The notes under the pieces are model-generated. The model saw only the letters and a list, made by a program, of their open reading frames with translations. It did no database searches and had not been told where the DNA came from. A DNA stretch of 64,000 nucleotides, taken from Lepidodermella squamata. Lineage: Eukaryota > Animalia > Gastrotricha. The translations under genes were made by a program, and so were the position numbers. Below, piece after piece: positions 48,620 to 59,469 of the stretch (within the stretch, counting starts at the first letter, position 1; each line of letters starts with the position of its first letter). The stretch lies in the NCBI GenBank assembly GCA_047495785.1, contig JBLDXI010000032.1, positions 496,001-560,000 on the forward strand. Direction: 5' to 3'.

Positions 48620-49949
48620 GGCAATATCTGAACGCGATTCGTTTTCGGCTGTGAAGAGGCTAATAATAATTTCTATCAAAGTTATAAATAAAGTTGCTAT
48701 TCAGAAGCACGCTAATCATGAAAGATGTTCTGTGTAGGATCAGTTCAACCCTGAAAATGTGATGCCGACTTTACTTAAAATGATTAACTGAAATTGATAC
48801 GAAATGGATTAACCTGAGTCCCTCCGCAGAGTTAAGAATGTGATTAACCTTGATAGCTGATAGCTTGATAGCTAACAATAAATTGAAGAAGCAGCTTGTT
48901 TAGTCATCCCAAATTTCCAAGTCACAAGGATGGTAGTGAGCACTTATAGCTTGCACTTCAAATTTGAGAGACGTGTTATTGTATAGGTAATTCTTTGGCT
49001 GAAGTTCTCGTTTGTTTGCGACAATCAAACGCAATCAAACGGGAATGCTCGATAGGAATTTGTCTTGAGTGGGAAAAGTTTATCATTGCTCTAAAAGCTA
49101 AAGAAAACGGACTAGGGACTCAGGGCAGACGCAACATTTTTTTCCGCATCACTTATGAGGAAATGGGTAAACAGAGTTTGAACATTGCGGAAATAAGCCT
49201 AAATATCAATTGAAATAGATGACGGGTCGCACGCTGACTACTTCGAATGAGTTATACTGCAAGCCATCAACAAATTGCCGAAATTAAGTAAAGCTACATA
49301 CGAAATTCAAGAGCCACAGACACTTCGTCCAACAGTCGGTTTTTCTAGAATGACGTTTCTCTCAAGCTCTTTGTAGTGGCTTAGATCACAACGGAGGAAA
49401 CGGCAAAAATAGCTCACAACAGGTTTATGCCCGGCGCAGATATTTTGGTGAAATGTAGAATCGATATCTTGTTACAGATTGGCAAATTTGGATAGTTAAT
49501 TTTCTTACTAGATAAATAGTTTAGTAATCAACTTTTAATACGAAAGAAAGCAACTCAACATATAAGATTAATCAGCCATGGTAATGTTTTTTAATTTCAT
49601 AGTGCTCAGTGATTATTTTACATGATAACCATAATTAATAACCCTAATGGCTCCTAAGTGATGTGTAGGTCTTCAGGAACATGAGCTATTGCTGCTCTTT
49701 GAAAGAAATATCCATAGAGATCGAAGAACGAAATATCCATGCACCTGACTTGATAGATGATCCTAGATCATTCTGGCAGATTTTTCAGTTCTATGAGAAT
49801 TCTGAAATAGACCAAGCCGGAAAGTCAATGCTGGGACAGTTGGTAGAAACCCGAGATATTGATTGCGCCTGACATAGGCGATAGACGTATTTCACGACAT
49901 CGACGTGCTATAAGTTTAAAGGTATATGGCAGTCACTATTTCCAAGCAC

Positions 49950-50260
49950 AGAAAATACGTGCTGTCCGGTGCTTTCGAAAATAATATATTAAAAAAAGTA
50001 ACACAACGTGAAATGAAGAGGTGATACAACATCGGGGACAAAACAAGTCCGCTCGAAATTTATGAAAACTTCGAAGCCGAGAACAAGAACGAGGGCAGCG
50101 ATTACAGCTCGGAAAACCGTCGAAGAACATGGTCGACGCGGCATCCTTTCGTAAAATGCAAGAGATCGTCAATTAATGGAACAACCTACCACGCGATGCC
50201 TTATTCCCTGACATCGTCAACATCATCACAATTTGAAGGAAAAGATGAACGTCCTAGGGC
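49950..50260 (+). mobile_element. Possible degraded 3' end of a CR1/L2-type LINE
   Basis: Stop-interrupted translation RGQRLQLGK...SFRKMQEIVN*WNNLPRDA resembles the RGH..KL.K...F..RVVN.WN.LP tail of CR1/L2 ORF2. Confidence 0.35.
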
Positions 50261-51959
50261 GTTGATATGAGCCTACTTGTGCGCCTGAATTATTTGTTCG
50301 TAATTAAAAACAAAACATACAAGTGACTTTCAGTCTCGTCACCTTTTACTATGAAACTGACATGAAGAAGCAAATAACCCGAGTTATTCAGCGACGCTAA
50401 CGAAAACGTCTCAGGGATAGAAAACGCAGACGCTCGTAGGTTCTTAGCATTGTTTTTCGATAGGTCGGGGTATAGGCAGCTGTACTCGGTTGCCGCATCA
50501 CTTGACAGTATGTGAGGCTAAAATAGACCTAACATTGCGGAAACGCATAAATCCTGAATCGAATATAGATGACGGGCCCAAGATTATTTTGGCTGCTTTT
50601 TTCGCACAAAGCCCTCGACGACACATTTGAATACAGTACAGTACACTCGAGAGCAGCAGACAGTCTTTCAGAAACTCGTGTCTGTGACGTTTCTCTGTTC
50701 TGAAAAGCGTCTGTTATCCTCGTATGATGCTTATTCTATGCAGTTCTCATAAAAATGGCTTTGCACTGATTATTTTGCAAGATATCTGAACTTCAAGAAA
50801 TGGCAGGATCAGTTGTCCATCTTGACGGAACAGGATGATGCCTGGATTACGGACTGGGATTCGCTGGAAAATTTACGAGCGTTGGTGACAGATTAGCAAA
50901 TTCAGCAGATAATTTCAGCGGACATTACTAGCTCAATGTGTGCCAGCTAACAGAATACACGACTTGAAAAGGACTTGAACACGACTTGAAAACTGGAAAC
51001 CCATTTGTTTTTATTATGCGCAGTGATTGCCTCGAGGGGCCTCAAGCTAAAATTAGACTTAAAGTTGCAGACAGTTAACGTTGAGCATAGTTACAGGCCA
51101 TTGCTATCCAGTTGTTCCTGAACTGCTGTGGCTAAAACGAAGAGGATCACCGACGCGCATGGACAGGGCGTAATGTTTGTCACAAGATACTGAACCCCAG
51201 ACGGAAATCAGCAGATAATCTAGAGCTCAATTGATCATGCGTAGGTCTAAATGCAAAACATCCGTCCAAAATGGCTAAATTCATGACCTATTAGGTATTA
51301 TAACTAATAGACTGGATCATGCGCAGCTCCTAATTTTAACATTTACCATCTGCGTAGTGGTACATTTTGAAAATTTAGATCTAGCCATAGTCTATCTTTT
51401 TACGACTGGAACTGAGGGATCAATAAGCAACTAAAAATAGTTCACTTCAACTTCGATCATAAGTATCTAAATTTAGCCGTAGTATTGCTACGCAAACGTT
51501 CAGTAGATTTTATAATGGCTACATAATTCATGAGGATCATCAGATAATGAAAGCTGGAAAGTTTTTGATAGGATAATTTTCAAAATTTCGTTGCGTCTGA
51601 TGGATGATAGCGCATCGCATGCCAATAAGATAGGTTTGTGAGAAAAATCGGTTTCTCGTGATCAAAATGTCCAAAACCCAGTCAAAAGGCGTGTCGCTCG
51701 TTACTTCCGAACATGCCTTTCAGAGAATATAAATACAACCGCTGCGACAAAGCGTGACGAGCCACAGGAACATGTAAAGGTACATGACTGTAGGCGAATC
51801 GCTGTTTTTCCAATGGGGCGTGTATCATCTGACGCGAAGGTGTACTACAACAGGAAACTTCGAGTGGTTCGCACCAGGAAGCCGCTGAAATCTTCGCATT
51901 TGAAGCATTTGAAATGCACTCATCAAAAGTCCGAGACATATCTTCTTCATTCCCAGCAA

Positions 51960-54374
51960 ATGCGCAATAAAATAAGCTTGGTCTTTACTTTTTTAATCGC
52001 GGTATGCAAAGCTCCAAAATCGACTGATTTGTACATCTTATCCCTGGTTGCCTACACGGGTTCGTATTCATTGGAGTTGCCATATTTTTCTGAGTTTTTC
52101 CTTTCAGGCAATGAGCCGAGGGATGGTAAGCTTTGCCAAGCAGCAATGGAAGTTGCTGTTAACATGGCAAACGAAGATGTGAACTTTCTTCCAAGTTACA
52201 AGGTCATCCCTGTCTTTAAGAACGAAGCAACCAGCGCGACACAAAGTGTTAAACACGCCATTGAATTCTGGCGAGATGTCAGTTATAAAGTCAAATCTCC
52301 GATCATTGTCGGACCGTATTTCAGCCCAGGCTGCCAACGATTGGCTGCTATGTTGCACCATATCGACATGTTCGCGGTAGGGCTTGCTTGTTCGACACCG
52401 TTTTTCACCGACAATCGAAAGACTTACCCGAATCTATACCGACTTCGGGTTCCTGGGGAGTATGTCATTTACCCAAGATTGGTCTTCATTCAAGCCATCG
52501 GAAAATGGAGCAACGTTGCGATAATAACTAATGCCGATTCAGTCTATGACTACACAGTGGCTACAATTTTCTCTCAAGCAGCAACGGCCAGAGGAATCAA
52601 GGTGGCTTGGCTTGATATCGTGACTGATGTAAGCGATGGAGTTATCGCATCTTTGAAAGCGAGTAATTCGAGGATAATCGATGTAGATGTCGGCAATAAA
52701 CCAGCCTTTCTGCAGCGATTCCTATGCCAGGCCTACAACGTTGGCATGACTGGGCAAAGATACGTTTTCATAGCTCAAAATCCAGCATTTGTCGAACCGG
52801 GCACGCTTCCGCTCGAAATTTATCCCGGTTGTACGAGGGAAATTATCAAAGCGCAGTATAAATACACGTTTTGGATGGGCGCTGTAGCGACGTCTACCCG
52901 AAGTTACGGATCAACACCGCTTGGCTACGACATTTTCGGGTTCGAAAGAAAACTTGATCGAATCACGAATGGACTAAGAACTCCAGATTACGTAATGAGG
53001 CATCTCTGCCATGACGCGATGATGGAAGCCCTTGTTGCGTTGAACAAATCTCTCCCGTTATCAAATAATTCCTCTGTTGTTCTAGCAACAACCAACAACT
53101 CTCTTGCAAAGACTGATTTCATTGGGCTAAGAGTCGGAAGAATTCGCTACTCATCACGGTTAGAGATGGATTACGAGCCTCAAGTAATTTCTTATTGGAC
53201 AGAGCAAGAGTCAATGTACGACATCATGATGGTAACAGTTAACAGTGAGAAATCACCGGATAGCAACTTGACCACGACAAAACTAAGACCGTTCATATGG
53301 CCAACTTTAGACGGGACCCCTCCGAGAGATTCTAAGCAGATCGAGGTAGTAATGGAAGACGTCGATCTTGCTCTATCAATTGTTGTCATATGCTTGTCAT
53401 CTATTTTGCTAATAGTTACCGGCGCAAATATCATCTTTTTATTACGGCAAAAATTAGTAATTTCAACGGCGTTGAGATGCTACAAACTGCTCTTGGCTTT
53501 ATCTAGTTTGATAATGTTAACAGCCGCAATAATTTTTATATTGCCTCAGGAGGTGAATCGCCACTTCAGTTCAAATGTTTGTTCCATCCTAATAATTTTG
53601 ACCGGTCTGGGCTTGGCAGTTTTCCATTCATGCTTAGCATCTATGGCTACCCTGATCTGCCGCACTGTTTCGAATGAGGCTTTGGCAAGAGTCAGTAGAG
53701 CTGCCCAAGTCAAGGAGCCGATTTGTATTGATTCCGCAGCAAGAGGTAGTATCAACTCACAAAAGAATGTTTCTCTGGCGATACCATCAGTGGCTAGATC
53801 ATCTAGACGAGCCTCGAGATCATCGTCCAACATTCCGCCAGTGGAGTTTATCTTGGCCGTTATAAGCTGGAGTAAAATCCTAGGCTCAACATCAGGTTAT
53901 ACCGCATTATGTGGCGCATTGACATTCACTTGGGTTGGGATCTTTCCCGTCGCATTCACCATCGAGAAATCTGGACTAAACTCGCATTATGATGTTGATA
54001 CAGACATTTATTGGGAAGTTTCTTCGGCGGGATGCACCTTTGACGAGTCGACAACATGGGTCTATTCTTTAACTGCTGTAATTGCAATCCCTGTAATATT
54101 GGCATCTTTACGAGCTTATCGAGTCTTTTCCCGGACAAAACACAGTCGAACGATTATTAATAAGCTCAACTCTGAGTACGAGTTAAGGATTTTGTTTCTA
54201 ACAGTTTGCAACGCGCTGAGTGTATTCATTGCTACGATATTGATTCTTCTCATTGTTGACACGCATAAAATGCACCAAACTGTGATTTCCGTTGCACTTC
54301 TCGTGGATGCAGGAGTTGCCAGTGTTGGGAATTTGCGCTATTTTGTTAAAAACATCCGACATAATAGCAGCTAA
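51960..54374 (+). CDS. GABA-B-like class C GPCR no.6 (probable 48-nt in-frame intron, 52060-52107)
   Basis: MRNKISLVFTFLIAVC signal peptide, VFT (NRKTYPNLYR), WPTLDGTPPRD, 7 TM. The GT..AG segment interrupts YTG|NEP at the same site as the intron in no.5. Confidence 0.87.
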   Translation: MRNKISLVFTFLIAVCKAPKSTDLYILSLVAYTGSYSLELPYFSEFFLSGNEPRDGKLCQAAMEVAVNMANEDVNFLPSYKVIPVFKNEATSATQSVKHAIEFWRDVSYKVKSPIIVGPYFSPGCQRLAAMLHHIDMFAVGLACSTPFFTDNRKTYPNLYRLRVPGEYVIYPRLVFIQAIGKWSNVAIITNADSVYDYTVATIFSQAATARGIKVAWLDIVTDVSDGVIASLKASNSRIIDVDVGNKPAFLQRFLCQAYNVGMTGQRYVFIAQNPAFVEPGTLPLEIYPGCTREIIKAQYKYTFWMGAVATSTRSYGSTPLGYDIFGFERKLDRITNGLRTPDYVMRHLCHDAMMEALVALNKSLPLSNNSSVVLATTNNSLAKTDFIGLRVGRIRYSSRLEMDYEPQVISYWTEQESMYDIMMVTVNSEKSPDSNLTTTKLRPFIWPTLDGTPPRDSKQIEVVMEDVDLALSIVVICLSSILLIVTGANIIFLLRQKLVISTALRCYKLLLALSSLIMLTAAIIFILPQEVNRHFSSNVCSILIILTGLGLAVFHSCLASMATLICRTVSNEALARVSRAAQVKEPICIDSAARGSINSQKNVSLAIPSVARSSRRASRSSSNIPPVEFILAVISWSKILGSTSGYTALCGALTFTWVGIFPVAFTIEKSGLNSHYDVDTDIYWEVSSAGCTFDESTTWVYSLTAVIAIPVILASLRAYRVFSRTKHSRTIINKLNSEYELRILFLTVCNALSVFIATILILLIVDTHKMHQTVISVALLVDAGVASVGNLRYFVKNIRHNSS

Positions 54375-54716
54375 TCCCTATTAGGAGTTTTTCACACATG
54401 AGTTCATCGGAAATAAAATCGAATCTTGAAAAATTCCAAGAATGAAACAGGAAGGTAGTACCAGAGAACAAAATCCCCACAATTAAATTGAGCTCTCTCT
54501 TTCAACACGCGACTCGATGTTTATACGTGATAGATTGTATTGTAGCGGTCCGTTATCACTGAAATAACGTCAGCGAATGATATTTTTTATCTTCAACACA
54601 TGCCTGCGTTTCATTCATTATTTTATTAGCATTTAGTTGCTGCACTCTCCACACCCTCTAAACAGAGATCCTAACGTATAGCGTGCTCGAAGTTGTATTT
54701 CTGTAATTCATATATA

Positions 54717-55584
54717 ATGCCGAGCAAATACAAGCTGCATTATTTCGATGTAACGGAACTCGGAAATCGGTTAATTAAAAACCAAATTTGTTCTTATTTT
54801 TGATGAATCCAGGTTCGAGGTCGGGCTGAAGCCATAAGGTACTTGTTCCACTACGCTGGAGTCGAGTTCGAAGATTACAGATTTACTATTCCACAATGGC
54901 TGGCGAGAGATCCGACAAGTAAGCTCTGTGGAAGCCTTTCAGTTCAACTAAAGAAATTCTTTCTACAGTTCCGTTCTCTCTCTACGAAAATGGGAAGGTT
55001 CCTTTGCTGGAAATTACCGAAAACGGCACCACTCATAAATTAGCGCAATCTGTAGCAATTTCCCGATTTCTGGCGAGGCGATTCGGTTCGTAAAGCCTTC
55101 TGCCTTGATTTAAACTGAGACTGATTTTCTTCAGGCCTGTGTGGCTCTTCCGACATTGAAGCAGCTATTTGCGACGAAATAGTTGACTCCCTGCAGGAGC
55201 CGTTCAACAAAGCTATTCCAGTTTACTACAGCGAGGATGAGCAGTTCAAACAATCAACAATTGAACTACTCAAAACTAAAGAGTATCCCAGAATTTTCGG
55301 TGCATTGGAAAAGCGGCTTGTCGAAAATGGCGGTAAATACATGGTTGGCAATCAAGTAAGAAAGCTAATGTGATAAATTGTCTAATATCACGACTCTTTC
55401 ATTGTAGCTAACATGGGCGGATTTCTGTGTCGCTTGGATCATTCGCGGTTGTCAAGACTACGCGAAGTGTCTCGCTGATTTCATCGAATCGCAGTACCCA
55501 AGTCTCATCAAATTGGCCAAGTCAATCGAAGAAATTCCCAAAATCGCCCAGTACATTACTGAACGTCCGAAAACGGATCGTTAG
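54717..55584 (+). CDS. Glutathione S-transferase, sigma-class-like (GST-6)
   Basis: YKLHYFD/VRGRAEAIRYLF, GKVPLLEI, AQSVAISRFLA, LTWADF, ERPKTDR*. Four introns. Confidence 0.93.
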
Positions 55585-56591
55585 TGATCCTACCGGATAA
55601 CGAATACAGCTCGGTTAAACGTTATACTACATGCATGCGTGATTTCTGATTTATTCAATGAATAATGAATGCTATCAAACCTAACAGCAAACATTTATTT
55701 CAAAAATAATAAAAATGAACACTTCGGCGGAGCGTCGGTTAAGACACTCTATTAGCGATGCAGCACAGTGAGTTGCATTTTCCGAAAACTTCGGATGCTT
55801 CGCCCTATAGTTCGCGCCGTCCGACGGTTAACACTTTATAAACAATGCTCACTTTTTTGTACGACCAACTTCAGCGACTTCGGCCCTCCGAACTCCGGAA
55901 ACTTTTCCGAAGTCGTGTGTATATCCCGCATAAGCCAAGCTCAGTAACCGCGGAGAAAAGATTACGCGATCTCTATCTCGAAAAATAGGAATCAATGACG
56001 AGAAAAGCTGCTGTAAAACTGAACTCTTGATGCAATTTTCAGCGTATGAAAGCACAAACAAGCGACTGCAGTTGTGATGGCAAGCTTCTCTAGTCTATGC
56101 TATGACCGATATTCTGACCATAACACGGTGTAATTCGTGGCGATTAATCGGAATGCGAACTCATTTTTCTGTCTGACTGACCAAGCAATGAGATTAGCTA
56201 CAAATCAATCGATATCGATTATCGAAAATCTGTTGCCCCAAAATTACTACAAACTTTACTAATTTACAAATTTTTAAAGCCACACGTAGTTGAGCAGAAA
56301 CCAATCACGACAACGGCTAATTATTGGCAAGCTATTGGGCAATAATTTCGTGGTTAAAAAAATGCATGCGCGATTTACCTCGATTGGAGAGCCTGGAGTT
56401 AGCGCATTATAATTGCGGCACGAGTGCCTTATCACTGAAATAAAAACCGCTGATGTAATACATTTAATCTTTCGTACTTGCGCTTATAGTTCATTCATTA
56501 ATGAATTAGTTGCTGCAATCTCCGCACTTTTTTTCATTTTGCAGCGGCGAAAAGGGTGTTCAAATCCTGTATTTTATTCAGATATCAATTT

Positions 56592-57485
56592 ATGATGTCT
56601 ACCACATACAAGCTGCATTATTTCGATGTATGGATATTCTGCTTTGGAAGCGTTGATTTTCGCCTTTTTTTTCGCAACCTTTTCGCAAATTTAGGTTCGA
56701 GGGCGGGTAGAGGCTATAAGGTACCTTTGTCATTATGCTGGGGTTGAGTTCGAGGATTACCGATTCACTATTCCGCAATGGATAGCAACAGACCCGACAA
56801 GTATAAGGCTGAAATTATAGTAATTTCAGCTTACAGTCTAACTTGTAACATTCTCTTCTTCAGTTCCATTCTCTCTTTACGAAAATGGGAGGGTTCCTTT
56901 GCTGGAAATTACCGAAAACGGCACCACTCATAAATTAGCGCAATCTGTGGCGATTACCCGTTTTCTGGCGAAACGGTTCGGTGGGTTTGGTTTTTCATTT
57001 TCTACTGCAACTGTAGCGCTTCTGTTTCAGGCTTGTGCGGTTCATCCGACATTGAAGCAGCGACATGCGATGAAATCGCTGACTCATTGCAGGAACCCTT
57101 TCTCAAAGCGTGTCCAGTATACTACAGCCAGGATGAGCAATTCAAAAAATCAACAATTGAGTTACTCAAGACTAAAGAGTATCCAAGAATTTTCGGTGCG
57201 TTGGAAAAACGGCTTGTCGAAAATGGTGGCAAGCACATGGTTGGCAATCAAGTAAGGAAATATGTTGCATAATAATAATCATCATTATTTATGATTCTCT
57301 CACCGTAGCTAACATGGGCTGATTTTTGTGTGGCTTGGATTATTCGCGGTTGCCAAGACTACGTTAATTGCCTGGCTGATTTTATTGAGACGCAGTATCC
57401 AAATCTCATCAAACTGGCCAAGTCAATTGAAGAGATTCCTGCCATCGCCAAATACATTGCCGAACGCCCAAAAACGGATCGTTAG
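56592..57485 (+). CDS. Glutathione S-transferase, sigma-class-like (GST-7; tandem duplicate of GST-6)
   Basis: YKLHYFD/VRGRVEAIRYLC, GRVPLLEI, AQSVAITRFLA, LTWADF, ERPKTDR*. Same four intron positions as GST-6. Confidence 0.93.
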
Positions 57486-59469
57486 TTACCGCTGAAACTG
57501 TGGTTGTGAACTTTATAGCGCTCTAATAGCTCGCAGTCGATTACAGCATATGTGGCAATAAATTTGTGATTTTATAGCTTTCATTTATACATATTGGGTG
57601 TCATCAGACCAAAGACCGATGATGAAAATGTGACCCAGATCTTCATAGGAAACCAGGTTTTGGAGAAACCTAGTAGGAAAAGATTGCGGAGCAACCTTGC
57701 AATATGCACCATTATTGATGACTTGCCTCCGTTGTTTTTTGGGCTCCGTTCATCTTTTGTCCTAGTTAGAAGAGTTTTCCCCTTTGGGAAAGCGTGTTCG
57801 GCAGATCCGTGTTGAAAAAACCGGACATTCGAAGGGCCAGACTCCTACTTCCTATCTGCGTCATGTGGCTTAATTAAATCAACGGACTGGTTTGAAATAT
57901 CACACCTTGTTGGTTGGATTTTTTGCTGGCGGTAACGGAAGCACTCAGGAACCTTTTCGCTGATTATGTGATGTGCATTCGGTCACGTCAAGAATTTTGG
58001 CCTGAATTACCGGAAATGGGCCTATGATAATCCGGATCCTGTCACAGACGAAGCATCCATCGAATGTATTATAAGACGAGTTATGAGGGAGTGAAATATT
58101 CACTGACTGCTTCATCCGTGACCGCTATGGTAGCACGTTTTTAAAGGAGAGGCACAAGCTGGCAATAAAAAGAAGGTGAATTCCTTTATTTGGGACTAAT
58201 ACGCAAGTAAGGGCTGATTTGCACAACTTTGCGATCGAATTATTTGTGAGCTTTTTAAGAAGAATCGCCAAAATGTATCTGCTCCTTTCTTGCGGACATT
58301 GATGCTCGCCAAAATTGTTTGCTATATTTTCCAGCGAATCGAATTACAATTTAAAGACCTGGCACCGTTTAAAAATGTTTTTCATAGATCTTAAAAATTG
58401 ATTGAATCCTGAAAACATTCTATCCCATCAAAATTAGTCTATGATCATCAGTCGTAGGTCTTGGCTTTATTTTCTCATTCTATGAATATGGATAGCGTGC
58501 AAGCAAAATCACGCTTCACACCACAGACCTAGCCTGAAAACCCCTTAGAAGCGCTTAAAGATATGTCTTCACACTTAAAACGCACTTAATCTGTGAAACA
58601 CGACGGGCTTAATTGTTGATTTGTTATGTTTCTATTAAAACAGGAAATATTTGACAGCTATTTTTGGTAATATGGTAATTTCTCACGTGTGTCGTTTTTG
58701 AACTTCCGCGACTTTCTTTCATCTAAAACGCACCTTTTGTTCAATGAAGACCCGAGAAGCGACGGGAAAAGGCCATCTCTTCCCCAAGTAATTAAAAACA
58801 TCAGCTGACTTGGAATCAGTTTTGCGCAAATACCCCGTTTATTTTATGACTCATTTTTGCCAAGTCAGAAGGCAGGAGAGCATAACCGAATCGTTTTAAC
58901 CCAAAACAGCTGAATATTTTCTTCCAGCTGAAGGTGTAACTTCTCAATATTGCCTGCTGAAGCAAACAAATCAAAGACTAGATCCTAGTTTAGAAAGTGT
59001 TAACAGATAAAACCAAGCAGAATGAATGGTCTGCTAGGTGAGATTTTAAACTCCAATCTTCATCCTCTAGAAAGTTGCTATTCAAATCATTCAATATTTG
59101 CAAGAAAATGTGTCCTTTCCACAGGTAGCAACTCATACGTGAGAGAATTTAGGATGTTGATTTCCACCAAATTATTTATTAATATTCACCCAAACTCGAA
59201 GTTAATGCTCACGTGCTCACGTCTATGATTTATCAAAGATGCTCCTATTTGGCTAGATGGTCAAAATGTTCTTAGCTATTTAGCTTGATTAAAAATCATA
59301 TCTTGTTCGAAACTTAATTTAGCTTTAATTTAACAGATGAGCTTGTTTTGCGAAAGTGAATCTACGTGTCACCAAGGATGCGAAAAACCCCGCCCATATA
59401 TTAGCAGAATTAATATCACGTATTCTTCACTCGCTGCATTTTCACCCGTAGAACTGTATTAAATCGAAC

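Noticed and set aside
51813-51959. 49-aa N-terminal extension of receptor no.6 in the ORF track
   Set aside because: The signal-peptide-like sequence begins at ATG 51960, matching the paralog lengths.
57590-59400. Short ORFs between GST-7 and receptor no.7 (similar ones at 62100-62950 and 17400-19400)
   Set aside because: No motifs, splice structure or repeats that I can support.
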